The position numbers and the translations under genes are program-made. The notes under the pieces are model-generated. The model was not told the DNA's origin and made no database searches. It was given only the letters and a program-made list of their open reading frames with translations. Shown piece after piece: positions 1 to 9,548 of a DNA stretch of 64,000 nucleotides. Each line of letters starts with the position of its first letter. Within the stretch, counting starts at the first letter, position 1. This stretch comes from Acidimicrobiales bacterium (GTDB taxonomy: Bacteria > Actinomycetota > Acidimicrobiia > Acidimicrobiales > SZUA-35): assembly GCA_013003535.1 (NCBI GenBank), contig JABDIY010000025.1:33321-97320 (forward strand), given 5' to 3'.

Positions 1-3000
1 GAAACGGCGATCTCGTTCCAGCTGCGGTCCCAGAGACGAACCGTAGAATCCCGGCTGACGCTTGCCAGTAGCTCGCTATTGGTGCTCCAGGCCACATCTC
101 GCACGGCATCGGTGTGGCCACTGAGGACTGCTGCGGTCTCCCATTTCCCTGTTTCCAGCACCAGCACGTCGGGCGATGCACCGGCGATGGCGAGGAAGTT
201 CTCGGCGGGATCGAATTCGACGGCTCGCACTTCTACTCCCAGGTCGATGATCTCGGTGAGGCTTGGCTCGGTGGTTGAGTCGAGCACAAGAACCTGGCCG
301 CCGAGGGTCGCGCCGACCACCGTTCCGCTGGCGAGTCCGATGGCGATCGCCTGAACGCGGGTCTGCGCTCTACCGACTATTCGCGCCTCACCGGAGGCGA
401 GGTTGACTTCGTGAAGAGCGCCATCGGTGTCGCCGACGTAGGCGAGGCGGCCATCCGCGGTCAACGCCAGGCTGACGAGGGGCGAGCCGAGATTGACTAG
501 CTCCTCTGCTCCTTGTGGTGTGCTTCGCACGATTCGGCCGTCGGAGCCGACGCTGATCGCTTCTGCGGGGCCCGCAAGCTCTACAGCTTGCGCCCGATCT
601 CGGTGGGCGTCGACCACGCTTGTGCCAGCGCTCGCTGTCCACCAGATCAGCCTTCCCGAGCGGCCAGCGGCAACGATTACCTCGGTGTCTTCGCTCGCGT
701 CCAGATCGAGCACCCCTTGTTCGGATCCGGTCTCGGCCAGGGTGTCGACGGCACTCGTTCGTCCCGATACCCATCGGCGAACCGTGCCGTCGCTGCCTGC
801 GGAGACAACGGTGCTCCCGGCATAGGTCACATCTTGCACGTCTCCTTGATGGCCGGTCAGCTCGGTGATCGGGATTCGCAGATTCTCTGGCGACCACAAC
901 CGAATCGTCTCATCGGCGCCGGCAGTGGCGAGCTCGCCCCCGTCGCTCCGTGCGGAGACCGCATAGATCTCGGCGCGGTGGGCTTCATCGATCTCCGTCG
1001 TGGTGTCGGCAGCCTGATTCCACGCTCGAATCGAGTGATCACGACCCACCGAGATGATCGTGTCGCCGACAACGGTGACGTCATGGGCGACGTCGTTGTG
1101 TGATCCCGGTGCAATCGTCACTCGGCTGTTTCCGATCTCAAGCTCGCTGACTCGACCTTCTCGATCGCTGAAAACCAGTCGATCGTTCCCCTCGCGCCAT
1201 TCGATGGAGCGAACCTCGGAATCTGTTGCGTGGCTCAGTTGAGGAGCACCGTTTCCAAGCTCCCACAGCCAGATCCCTCCGTCGCCGGCGACCGCCGCAA
1301 GCGTACCGTCACTGCTGACCGCCACGGCCCGTAGGCGAGCTCCGTCGGTGTTGGTCTGGCTGCGTCCCGATCCACTATCTGATTGAGATCTGCCGCCCCC
1401 AGCTCCTCTAGCGGCGCCGCTCGGCGACGCAACAACGTGCTGCTCGGCAATCGAGCCGTCGCCGGCTTCCCAAACCCGCACCGAGCCGGTCGCATCTATC
1501 GAGACGACCCTGTCCTCGCCGGCAATGAATGCAATATCGCGCACCTCACCGTCATGTCCTGCGAGCTGAATGATCGAACCGTCGGGCCGCCAGATCTGCA
1601 CCGACCCGTCGACTCCTCCGGAGGCAACCATCCCATCGGCACGGGCAGCAACGGCCCGCACCTGCCCCGAGTGCTGGAGCACGATCTGGGACTGGCTGAT
1701 TTCCGCAACGAGCGCTGCGAATAGCGCCTCGCGTGTTTCTTCGGTGGAGCTCACCTGGTCGCCGGCTACCGCGAGAACCGCTGCGAGTGGTAGATCGGCA
1801 CGGAGCAGAGCGGTCTCGGACTCGCTGGCCAGCCGGCGGGCGAGCGCCAGTTGCGACGCCTCCTCGGCACGCGTTGATTCCCGAAGAGCGAGAACCGCAC
1901 CCGCAACGGCGCCGACCAGGAGCAGCACGAGGGCTGAGGCAACTACTTGTCGGACTCGCCGGTTCCGGGTTCGCCGCGCCTGGGAAGCCCGGAGGAAATC
2001 TGCCTCCGCGACCGAGAGGTCAGGGTGAGCCCGACTCACCCATCCTTCGCTCTGTTCCAACACCGAACCCTGCTCCAACAGATCAGCGGTTCGACCCTTC
2101 TCGTGCCACGCCCGGGCGGACTGCCGGAACTCGTTCGCAGTGGCTAGGTCGGCTCGGGAGGCGTCGACCCACTTCTGAAGCTGGGTCCAGCTCGTCAACA
2201 GGGCCTCATGCGCCAACTGGACGCCGTCATCAGTGATGGTGACCAGCCGATGCTGGGCAAGTCGGTCCACCATCGTTCGCTGTCTTTCCGATAGCTCCTC
2301 GCGTGTAGCGGACCCTCGGACGTCGGGTTGGCGTCCCGTAGCTGGCACGATCAGACGCAGGAGAAGTCGTCGCAGCGTCTCCCGCTCGTCTTCCTCCAGG
2401 GATCGGGTGAACTCGTCAGCCGTCCCGGCGAGAGCGCCGGCGATTCCCCCGATCTCGAGGTAGGTGGCCAGCCGAAGCCGGTCACCGCTACGCCGAGCAA
2501 AGATCGTGGCCAAGGCGTGCGATACGTGAGGTAGCGCTGCGGGGGCGTCGAAGGCGTCGTCGACCATTTGCTCTACGAGAGAGTTCTCGATTGGCACGCC
2601 TACGCGCAACGCTGGCCGCTCGATCGCTCGGCGGAGGTCTGCCCTTGCCATCGGACCCACGAAGACGTGTCGGCCGAGCAGGCTGGCTAGTCGGGCGTCG
2701 CTGCCCAGCGGGCCGTAGAAGTCCGAGCGGACACCGAGGATGACCCGCGTTCGTGTCCCGACCTCGGAGAGTTCGATGATCGCAGCGATGAATTTCTCTC
2801 GCTGAGCGGGGTCGGTGCATTGGGTGAGCACCTCCTCGAATTGGTCGATGATAAGAATCTGTCCGCTTCTGCCCTCAGCTGCTTCGCTGCTAGTTGGCGG
2901 CCAACCGACCGTGCGCCGTAGGCGGCTGATCGGTTGCGGGCCCGGCGTGAGGAGTGTCACCGACCACGTAATCTCCTCGCCGAGGCCGCCGGCGCGAATC

Positions 3001-4040
3001 CGTGGGATCAGGCCGGCTCGCAATACTGACGACTTTCCCGCCCCCGATGGTCCGCCTACGATCAGGATGCGATCAACGTGGAGCCGATCGACGATCTCGT
3101 CCACTAGTAACTCCCGACCGCTGTAGAACGCGGCTCGACTCTCGTCGAAGGCGCGCAGTCCGGGATACGGGTTGATGATCTCCGCATCGACCGGCGGCGC
3201 CAGAACCGGCGTTCCTGCGTCGACGAGCGCGCGTAGCGCCGTGGACCATTCGTCGATCGATGAGAACCGGTCCTCTGGGGCCGGGGCGAGACCGCGGGCC
3301 AGAACCCTGCTCCACGGCTCAGTGAGTTCAGCGAGCCGGCTTCGCAGCTCCGGCGGGGTTGGTGGGGGAGCGCCGGTGACGACCTCGCACAACACTGCGG
3401 TAGCAGCGTAGAGGTCGGTGCGATGGTCGACGCTCGACAGGGGCGTCAGCTGTTCGGGCGCCTGGTATCTTGGCGTCCCTCCCAACATCGTCAATGCGTC
3501 GACGCCGGCGCTGAGGTCCTTTGCCAGGCCGAGGTCGGCGATCAGCAGGCGCTCGTCTGGATCGAACAGCTGGCGCTTGGCGGCATCGGGGCGATCGGTC
3601 GTATCGATCAGCAGGTTCCGTGGAGTGATGTCGCGGTGCACTACATCGGCTCGACGGAGCGCATCGAGTCCAGTGCTCACAACATCGATGAGAAGGTGCA
3701 GATCGGCGTTAGTCCACGACGCTGATCCGCCCCGTGCGTCGAGTCGATCGGCCAGCGTACCTCGTTTTGCCAGCGTCATTGTGAACCAGGCTCGACCGTC
3801 GTCGGTCTCGCCGATGTCAAACACCCGGACGAAGGCTGAACAGTCCAAGCGGCGCAGTAACCGTGCCTCTTGAATAAATCGTTCGCGAATTTCCGGATCT
3901 CGGCTCCAACCGATATCGAGTATCTTCAGCGCAACCGTGGTGTCAAGGACCTCGTCTGCCGCCGAGTGCACAGCAGCAAATGCGCCGCGGCCGAGTTGAC
4001 GGTGGACACGATACCGGTCGATCTGCGTCGAGCCGATCAC
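1..4040 (-). CDS. Ser/Thr protein kinase, STAND-type P-loop NTPase (nSTAND-like), single TM helix and WD40-repeat protein; the 3-prime end lies beyond the window edge (>1346 codons)
   Basis: Absent from the ORF track because no stop lies in the window. Hand translation of the minus strand from GTG 4040 stays open to position 1. Kinase motifs: GRGAFAAV..VALK, HRDITPRNLLI, ADLGLAKD, GTPRYQAPE (about 4040-3250). P-loop GGPSGAGKSS (about 3059-3025) and Walker-B-like ILIIDQFEE (about 2858-2831). Helical region ends ...HEALLTSWTQLQKW. Hydrophobic segment VVASALVLLLVGAVAGAVLAL lies at about 1948-1886. Many WD40 units follow (GHDGEVRDIAF, GHQGDVQDVTY, GHTDAVRDVAW..SRDSTVRLWD). Confidence 0.85.
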   Translation of the reverse strand, partial: MIGSTQIDRYRVHRQLGRGAFAAVHSAADEVLDTTVALKILDIGWSRDPEIRERFIQEARLLRRLDCSAFVRVFDIGETDDGRAWFTMTLAKRGTLADRLDARGGSASWTNADLHLLIDVVSTGLDALRRADVVHRDITPRNLLIDTTDRPDAAKRQLFDPDERLLIADLGLAKDLSAGVDALTMLGGTPRYQAPEQLTPLSSVDHRTDLYAATAVLCEVVTGAPPPTPPELRSRLAELTEPWSRVLARGLAPAPEDRFSSIDEWSTALRALVDAGTPVLAPPVDAEIINPYPGLRAFDESRAAFYSGRELLVDEIVDRLHVDRILIVGGPSGAGKSSVLRAGLIPRIRAGGLGEEITWSVTLLTPGPQPISRLRRTVGWPPTSSEAAEGRSGQILIIDQFEEVLTQCTDPAQREKFIAAIIELSEVGTRTRVILGVRSDFYGPLGSDARLASLLGRHVFVGPMARADLRRAIERPALRVGVPIENSLVEQMVDDAFDAPAALPHVSHALATIFARRSGDRLRLATYLEIGGIAGALAGTADEFTRSLEEDERETLRRLLLRLIVPATGRQPDVRGSATREELSERQRTMVDRLAQHRLVTITDDGVQLAHEALLTSWTQLQKWVDASRADLATANEFRQSARAWHEKGRTADLLEQGSVLEQSEGWVSRAHPDLSVAEADFLRASQARRTRNRRVRQVVASALVLLLVGAVAGAVLALRESTRAEEASQLALARRLASESETALLRADLPLAAVLAVAGDQVSSTEETREALFAALVAEISQSQIVLQHSGQVRAVAARADGMVASGGVDGSVQIWRPDGSIIQLAGHDGEVRDIAFIAGEDRVVSIDATGSVRVWEAGDGSIAEQHVVASPSGAARGAGGGRSQSDSGSGRSQTNTDGARLRAVAVSSDGTLAAVAGDGGIWLWELGNGAPQLSHATDSEVRSIEWREGNDRLVFSDREGRVSELEIGNSRVTIAPGSHNDVAHDVTVVGDTIISVGRDHSIRAWNQAADTTTEIDEAHRAEIYAVSARSDGGELATAGADETIRLWSPENLRIPITELTGHQGDVQDVTYAGSTVVSAGSDGTVRRWVSGRTSAVDTLAETGSEQGVLDLDASEDTEVIVAAGRSGRLIWWTASAGTSVVDAHRDRAQAVELAGPAEAISVGSDGRIVRSTPQGAEELVNLGSPLVSLALTADGRLAYVGDTDGALHEVNLASGEARIVGRAQTRVQAIAIGLASGTVVGATLGGQVLVLDSTTEPSLTEIIDLGVEVRAVEFDPAENFLAIAGASPDVLVLETGKWETAAVLSGHTDAVRDVAWSTNSELLASVSRDSTVRLWDRSWNEIAV

Positions 4041-4699
4041 GTGAACTCCAGCCGTTCAGTGAGCATCGTTCGCGCCTTGGCCAAACGGGATCTGACCGTT
4101 CCGATCGGGACGCCGAGATGCGCTGCGATCTCGTCGTACTCGAGTTCGTTCTCGACGCGCAAGAGCATGGTCTCTCGGTAGGGCTCTGCCAGCGCATCGA
4201 GGGCGTCACGCACTGTCGCCCTCGTGACCACGATGCTGCTCATCCTCCGACCGGCAGTTGCGGTGTCCTCAACTTCGTCGGAATTGGGTGTGGCCGAGCC
4301 GTTCTCCCGCCGAAGCCGCATCAGCGCCTCGTTCCGGGCGACAGAGTAGAGCCAGGTGCGGAACTTCGAGCGCCGCTCGAACTTGGCGAGATTTGCTTCA
4401 ACTTTGACAAGGGTCGCCTGCGCTACCTCGTCGACGGCATTGGGCTCGATGATCAGGCGGGTGATCGCTGGACGGGCGAGGCCCAGTTGATGTATCGCCG
4501 TCAACACCACCTCCAGCGCCGCGTCGGATCCGGATTGGGCGGCTTCAACCAGCAAGTTGAGTAGGTCGTCAAGCTCCGGATCGTGGTGCTCCCAGTAGTC
4601 CATGAGCTGGTCGCAGGCGCGGCGGGCGGCGCGGCGCTCGCCGGTTTGCACATCAGCGACGAGGCGATCAATCTGCGAGTTCGGTGACTTACTCCCCAC
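4037..4699 (-). CDS. ECF-type RNA polymerase sigma-70 family factor
   Basis: The 220-aa ORF has a region-2-like segment (FRTWLYSVARNEALMRLRR) and a region-4 HTH (LEYDEIAAHLGVPIGTVRSRLAKAR). GTG start follows a GGGGAGG Shine-Dalgarno. Its TGA stop overlaps the GTG start of the downstream kinase gene (GTGA at 4037-4040). Confidence 0.85.
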   Translation of the reverse strand: MGSKSPNSQIDRLVADVQTGERRAARRACDQLMDYWEHHDPELDDLLNLLVEAAQSGSDAALEVVLTAIHQLGLARPAITRLIIEPNAVDEVAQATLVKVEANLAKFERRSKFRTWLYSVARNEALMRLRRENGSATPNSDEVEDTATAGRRMSSIVVTRATVRDALDALAEPYRETMLLRVENELEYDEIAAHLGVPIGTVRSRLAKARTMLTERLEFT

Positions 4700-4865
4700 G
4701 CCAACCTCCCCTACTCGGACCCTAGCAGGGTCGGAAAAACTTGAACAGCTTGCCCTGACGCTGTCGATGAAGCGCTGGTGTGCGTCATCGTCATCGAAAG
4801 ATCAGGCGAGGCGCTACACGATGCCGGTTGCGTCCTTGATCAGCTCTTTTGACGCGCCAGCACGG

Positions 4866-5723
4866 TCAGGTCGTTCCCTCGCTTGGGTTGGGGAGGCCGA
4901 TGGGGTTCGGAAAGGGAATCGTCTCGCTGCGAACGATGTCCGCTGAGATGAGTGACAACTCGTTGAGGATGTGATCTTGCCGTACCGCCGGCAGTGCTTG
5001 CGTGAACGGTTCACTGGCATGGGAATCCGTGGTGGCCTCGACCTGGGACCTCACCGCCGTCCCTCTGGGCGTGAGTTTGGAACCGACGAGCAGACCGCGG
5101 TCGGCCAATCTCGTTCGTGCATCGTGCTGCTGTGTGACGCTCCACCCACGATTGTTGAAGAAGACCTCAGGGCTCCAGCCGCGCTCGGCAGCGACGAGGA
5201 GGTGCGCTTCGCAGCCGTCTATGCCTGACGCGGCCAGCGCTGCGACATGGCCGTCGCCACGATGTTCGCGCAGCGTTGTGCAGATCTGCCACAACCGTTG
5301 CACCGGATCGTCAAAATGGCCGATGTCGCGGTTCGCTGCGAACAACGGGCGGGCGATCGAAGTTGCACATGAGATCACGGCTTCGAGATCCTCGTTCACC
5401 TGCATTGCAACATCCTCGACGGGAGGCGACAATCTCCGTAGTGCTGCGCCTGCGGCTTGGGCACGAACGATCACGAGATCAGCTGGGTCGGCAAAGTCCC
5501 AGGCGTCCGGGATCGAACGGCGAACCATCCCGGGTTCAAAGTTGGCGAAGACCGCTTCGACCACGCCGGGCGTAACCGGGCCCAGCGGTGATGCTCGGAA
5601 CCCGAAGTAGCCCATCCAGAATCCCCGAAGCCCAGCTGATTTGGCGGCTTCGATCGACTCGCCCGAAAAATAGGTGACCGCATGGATCGACTCCAGATGC
5701 GACCACATCTTGCGCGCAAACAT
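4866..5723 (-). CDS. Conserved actinobacterial hypothetical protein (function not recognised)
   Basis: The 285-aa ORF has normal composition and no competing ORF. It lies on the same strand as its neighbours. I cannot assign a family with confidence. Confidence 0.6.
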   Translation of the reverse strand: MFARKMWSHLESIHAVTYFSGESIEAAKSAGLRGFWMGYFGFRASPLGPVTPGVVEAVFANFEPGMVRRSIPDAWDFADPADLVIVRAQAAGAALRRLSPPVEDVAMQVNEDLEAVISCATSIARPLFAANRDIGHFDDPVQRLWQICTTLREHRGDGHVAALAASGIDGCEAHLLVAAERGWSPEVFFNNRGWSVTQQHDARTRLADRGLLVGSKLTPRGTAVRSQVEATTDSHASEPFTQALPAVRQDHILNELSLISADIVRSETIPFPNPIGLPNPSEGTT

Positions 5724-5741
5724 GCATCGACCATACGTGAT

Positions 5742-6485
5742 TTACGGTGAGGCTGACGTCTGCGAAGCTGTCGCTGATTCCATTGCCTTCGATATCCACT
5801 CGGGGTACCCGTACGACCTGTCGATGCCGAGATCCAGCCGACCCGGCGGCGCAAGCCCCATGCTCAGCGATCGCCATGCTGAGCGGAGCGAATTGCAGTG
5901 TGTGTCGGGCTGACCGAACGCTGCGAACGCCAACGTCCAAGCTTCTCGGCCATTCGCCCAGAGAGCGGCGATCTCCGCATCGCACCCTTGTCCGGTCATT
6001 GCCCGAGTTGACTCCGACAGCAGCTTCTCCTGTCCATCGGTTCCGAACCGTCGCTTTACGATCGTCTTGTCAACGTCCAACCAGACCGAGTCGTGATCCA
6101 GTGTTAGCAGGCGATCCGCGGGGCTCCACCGTCGCCACGTTTCCACGCCTCCGTAAACGTCGGGGGCTATTGAGGCTGGTGCTGGGAGACCCGTTCGTAT
6201 CTTCAGTTCGAGCGTCCGACGAGCCCGTTGCTTAACGCCAATGTGGAGGAAACCGTCCAGGAGGTACGTGTCGCAACGATGCTCGAGCAGGCCTTCGCCC
6301 CCGGGCATGAACCATGACCGCACGTCAGCTTGGAGGGGGCCATCGAAGAACCATCGAAGCTCTGTTGTGCGGGCGACCGAAACGTCGGGCAGGTCTTGAG
6401 CTAGCCGGGGCGATTCGAGTGGCATCGATGTCGTCGTGAGATTGGTCGCGCTGGGGTCGTTCGGCGCGTGATCCATTAGCGGCAT
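5742..6485 (-). CDS. Hypothetical protein, possibly CYTH-like fold (weak)
   Basis: The ORF is open to 6557, but the ATG at 6485 is preceded by GAAAGGGG. The strand pattern (ELRWFFDG.., CDTYLL, RRTLELKIR, VDKTIVKRRF, CDAEIAAL) recalls triphosphate-tunnel proteins, but the canonical ExExK motif is absent. Confidence 0.45.
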   Translation of the reverse strand: MPLMDHAPNDPSATNLTTTSMPLESPRLAQDLPDVSVARTTELRWFFDGPLQADVRSWFMPGGEGLLEHRCDTYLLDGFLHIGVKQRARRTLELKIRTGLPAPASIAPDVYGGVETWRRWSPADRLLTLDHDSVWLDVDKTIVKRRFGTDGQEKLLSESTRAMTGQGCDAEIAALWANGREAWTLAFAAFGQPDTHCNSLRSAWRSLSMGLAPPGRLDLGIDRSYGYPEWISKAMESATASQTSASP

Positions 6486-7015
6486 ACCGATTCCAACCCC
6501 TTTCCCGGACACCGTCGACGGAACGACGCAAGCCACAATTCGATTCAGCCAGAGCATCTGAGCTGTTGGAAGGGTCGAAGGTCACGAGTTGAGGGGCTAT
6601 GCGCGCTGGCGGTGGCTGGTTCTGGAGGCGAGCCGGCGATTTCGCGGCAAGGAGGGTGCTTGGAACGAAAGCTCTGCACGGCTGCTCCCGCTTCGCACCG
6701 AACCAGCACCGGCGACCGACGACCTCGCCACGTTGGCAGCTGTCATCGCCGTATGGGAACGGAACCGGCCTGAATGGCACCGTGACGCCCTTTGCAGAGG
6801 TCAAGGCCATCGATGTCGAGCGGTGGTTCGCATCATGGGCGATTCGGCGCAGTTGGTGTTCCAGCCGTCGGGGTGCATATTGGTTGGAAGGGACAACGAT
6901 CTCGGTCTGAGCCTCGCATTCTGTGCGGCCTCCGCGGCTGGTCGAGGCGAAGTCCTCTAGTGCTGTGTCCCGACCGCGACTGACAATGGAAGCATTTCAA
7001 GCATGGAGGTGCCAC

Positions 7016-7618
7016 ATGTTCCGCGCAACAATCACAATAGTCATCGCAGTCCTACTCGTGACTACCACAGGGTGTTCGCAGGGCAACTCCAACGATGCGA
7101 TCGAGGAACAACTTGCCGCTGTGACGGCCGAGCGAGATGCTCTACTGGACGCAGCATCGCAGCAGCGGCAGGAACGCCATGACCGGGCGCTGGCCACCCT
7201 CGACGAGGTCAACGCGATACTCAATGATCCCGAGGCGTTCGGCTCGGAAGAAGAGATCATCGATGCGATCGCCAGGAACTCGACCGACAGCGCCGTTATG
7301 GACGACGACGTGTTCGGAGCGGTCAACTACCGATCAGCCTTCTACGCCACGCTGTTCGGCGGTTCCGTCGACGCTCGGATCGACGCTTACGACTGGTGGG
7401 TGTCAGAAGACGGCTCTCAAGGAGGCTCCCTGTGGATCTGGTACGGAACGAACGCTGCAGGGAACCCGTTCGAGTTAACCGGGCTGACCCTCACTGAATT
7501 CTCCGAGGACGGACGCATTGAATACGACCTGGTCACGTACCCCTACTCTGACGACTACGTGCGGAGAGCGTTCCGCGGCGAAGGCACCCCCACGCCCTCG
7601 ACGCAGGCCGATCAATAG
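7016..7618 (+). CDS. Putative lipoprotein (unknown function)
   Basis: The internal ATG at 7016 is preceded by GGAGGT. The N-terminus MFRATITIVIAVLLVTTTGC has a signal peptide plus lipobox-like TTGC. The track ORF starts further upstream at 6923. Confidence 0.6.
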   Translation: MFRATITIVIAVLLVTTTGCSQGNSNDAIEEQLAAVTAERDALLDAASQQRQERHDRALATLDEVNAILNDPEAFGSEEEIIDAIARNSTDSAVMDDDVFGAVNYRSAFYATLFGGSVDARIDAYDWWVSEDGSQGGSLWIWYGTNAAGNPFELTGLTLTEFSEDGRIEYDLVTYPYSDDYVRRAFRGEGTPTPSTQADQ

Positions 7619-7883
7619 TTGTCCCGCCAAGTGCCGAGTTCATCCCCGGCCGAAACGCTGCCCGACCAGGTACGACACAGTTTCCGGCCCCCACAGGCTG
7701 TTCCCTGGTCCGAACCGAGACGTGAACACCTTGCCATTGTCTGTGAGGATCTCTCGGGCACACCCCAAGTCCCCATCGCTTGCGCCAAAGCATCAGCGAC
7801 CGGCCGCGCGGTCGCCCGCCGAACCACATGACTCCATCGGACGTGACCGTTCCCACCGCCCTTTTGTTCACGGATGCGAGAGT

Positions 7884-7899
7884 GTATCACCTGTGATAC
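7884..7899. promoter_or_regulatory. Perfect palindrome GTATCAC-CT-GTGATAC just upstream of vapB (candidate antitoxin operator)
   Basis: The 7-bp arms lie at 7884-7890 and 7893-7899, 10 nt upstream of the vapB ATG. Type II antitoxins typically autoregulate through such sites. Confidence 0.4.
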
Positions 7900-7908
7900 A
7901 GTAGGTGC

Positions 7909-8145
7909 ATGGTTGATGTTTCGATTCGAGAGTTGCGTAACCATGGCGGCGACGTTGTGGACCGTGTGGCTCGCGGTGAGCGTGTGACGGTGACCCGGAG
8001 CGGTAAGCCAGTTGCAGAACTGCGCCCGCTTGGTGCTGGAGGAGTGCCAGTTGCTGAGTTGGTCCGTCGCCGTGCGCACCTTCCCGAGGTTGATCCGGTC
8101 GCGCTTCGTGAGGACCTGGATGCGGTGATCGATGGTTCGTTGTGA
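7909..8145 (+). CDS. vapB: Type II antitoxin, Phd/YefM-like (VapB partner)
   Basis: 78 aa. The N-terminus VSIRELRNHGGDVVDRVARGERVTVTRSGKPVAEL is typical of Phd/YefM antitoxins. It overlaps the PIN gene by 4 nt. Confidence 0.8.
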   Translation: MVDVSIRELRNHGGDVVDRVARGERVTVTRSGKPVAELRPLGAGGVPVAELVRRRAHLPEVDPVALREDLDAVIDGSL

Positions 8146-8555
8146 GCAGCAGCGGCATTTTGGATACGAGTACCCTGATTTTGCTGGGTCGTGTCACTGC
8201 GCTTGATGCGTTGCCCGATGAGGCGTTCATTACTGCGGTGACCTTGGCCGAGCTGTCGGTCGGTCCGTTGGTGGCCAAGACCGATCAGGAGCGGGTTGCG
8301 CGTCAAGCTCATCTTCAGGCGGCCGAGGCAGATTTTGATCCGTTGCCGTTCGACGCTGCGGCGGCGCGGGCCTTTGGTGGGGTTGCGGCGTCGTTGCGCA
8401 GTGTTGGCCGCAAGCCTGCTGCCCGGGCCTATGACGCGATGATCGCGGCGATCGCGGTGGCAGCGGACTTGCCGGTCTACACCTGTAATCCAAAGGACTT
8501 CGAGGGAATTGCCGGGCTGAACGTTCTCGCGGTGCCCCACCCTGACCACGGCTGA
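8142..8555 (+). CDS. vapC: PIN-domain ribonuclease toxin VapC
   Basis: 137 aa. ILDTSTLI carries the first acidic residue, and TLAELSVG and CNPKDF are typical PIN elements. Confidence 0.85.
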   Translation: MSSSGILDTSTLILLGRVTALDALPDEAFITAVTLAELSVGPLVAKTDQERVARQAHLQAAEADFDPLPFDAAAARAFGGVAASLRSVGRKPAARAYDAMIAAIAVAADLPVYTCNPKDFEGIAGLNVLAVPHPDHG

Positions 8556-8556
8556 G

Positions 8557-8830
8557 TTGTTTCGTTGTTTATTGGGCAGCGGTACTTGGATCGAACGCAC
8601 CTACCACCGGCGCCGCCGACTCGGCCGATTGACCCCAACGGTCGACACCAGGGTAGCCCGCAGCGATCTCACCGACCGCGACCAGTGGAGGTTCGACATC
8701 GGCCCGTCCCGCGGTGGCGAAGGAAGGCTCGACCTGCGATGAAATCATGCGCTACCTCGACTGGTACAACCACCACCGGCGACACACCGCACTGGACATG
8801 AGATCACCCATCAAACTACGAACAAAACCA
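8557..8830 (+). pseudogene. Two short C-terminal fragments of DDE (rve-type) transposases
   Basis: WIERTYHRRRRLGRLTP and, in another frame, MRYLDWYNHHRRHTALDMRSPI match the conserved ..W..YN..R.HSALG..P tail of IS3/IS481-type integrase-core transposases. No catalytic core is present. Confidence 0.55.
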
Positions 8831-9051
8831 GCAGGCGGCACCACAAGCCGCGTAACCAACCCGTGTCAACACAACCGGGTCAGCTCCACTCGTCCGAACA
8901 CGCGTCTGCTTGAGGTCGATCCGATAGATACAGGGTTCATGCAGAGTCGGCTTCAATCAGCCGCGCCTATCTCCGATAGATCCAGCCCGTCGAAAGGGCT
9001 CTGCGGGAATGTTTGCGGGAAGTGTGTGGCTGTCGTTTTGATTTGGGGGTG

Positions 9052-9327
9052 TTAAGCGGAGAGTTTGGCGGCGTATTTGCGCTGGGCGGCTTGTTTGGAG
9101 ACACCCAACATCGCACCGATTTCGGACCATGAACGGTTTGCGTCACGGGCATTACGGATCGCGTCGAGGAGGGCGTTGTCGACGTCGTCTCGTTGTTCGA
9201 CTAACTCTGCGATAGTCCGGAGCGCGGCAGTGTTGGCTTCGACCAGGTCGGCGGGGTCGACTTGGTCGGCCCAACGCTCGATTGCTTTGGCTTGTTGTGC
9301 TCGCGTTGTGTTCATGGTGTCCACCAA
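9052..9327 (-). CDS. Small HTH protein, probable antitoxin of a two-gene module
   Basis: 91 aa with a C-terminal HTH (SWSEIGAMLGVSKQAAQRKY). It overlaps the upstream small ORF by 16 nt. Confidence 0.55.
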   Translation of the reverse strand: MVDTMNTTRAQQAKAIERWADQVDPADLVEANTAALRTIAELVEQRDDVDNALLDAIRNARDANRSWSEIGAMLGVSKQAAQRKYAAKLSA

Positions 9328-9548
9328 CCTTTCAGGAATTTGGATCGTGCTGGCATGGCGTGGATGATCGCTACGCCATCGGCATCATCGACGACGCCGA
9401 CTTCTAGCGGTTCGGCGTTTGCCGATGGTCCAATGAACAGGGTGACGTCGGGATCATCGGTCTGGAAGCTTCGCCAGTGGTGTCGGAGTGCATGGAGCAT
9501 GTCATCATCGGAGACATCGTGCTTGCGGGCGCTCGCCTCGATGTCCAC
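9312..9548 (-). CDS. Small toxin-like protein (family not confidently recognised; BrnT-like gene order)
   Basis: 78 aa (ARKHDVSDDDMLHALRHHW..). The order of upstream small protein followed by a downstream HTH gene resembles toxin-first TA modules. Confidence 0.45.
   Translation of the reverse strand: MDIEASARKHDVSDDDMLHALRHHWRSFQTDDPDVTLFIGPSANAEPLEVGVVDDADGVAIIHAMPARSKFLKGWWTP

Noticed and set aside
388-897. Long Arg/Pro/Gly-rich ORFs on the strand or frame opposite real genes. Examples: 388..897, 1733..2236, 17944..19128, 18611..19573, 26394..27314, 30572..31189, 33738..34550, 43106..43774, 55739..56695, 56721..57593.
   Set aside because: They are typical shadow ORFs of high-GC DNA. Composition is extreme (R, P, G, S), no motifs are present, and each overlaps a well-supported gene in another frame.
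6486-7015. A roughly 500-bp divergent intergenic region with a WhiB-like hint (EWHRDALCRGQ.. in one frame, ..IDVERWF.. in another).
   Set aside because: No frame contains the C-x(n)-C-x2-C-x5-C cysteine pattern of WhiB proteins, and the matches are too short. It is left unannotated and may be a decayed gene or simply long promoter regions.
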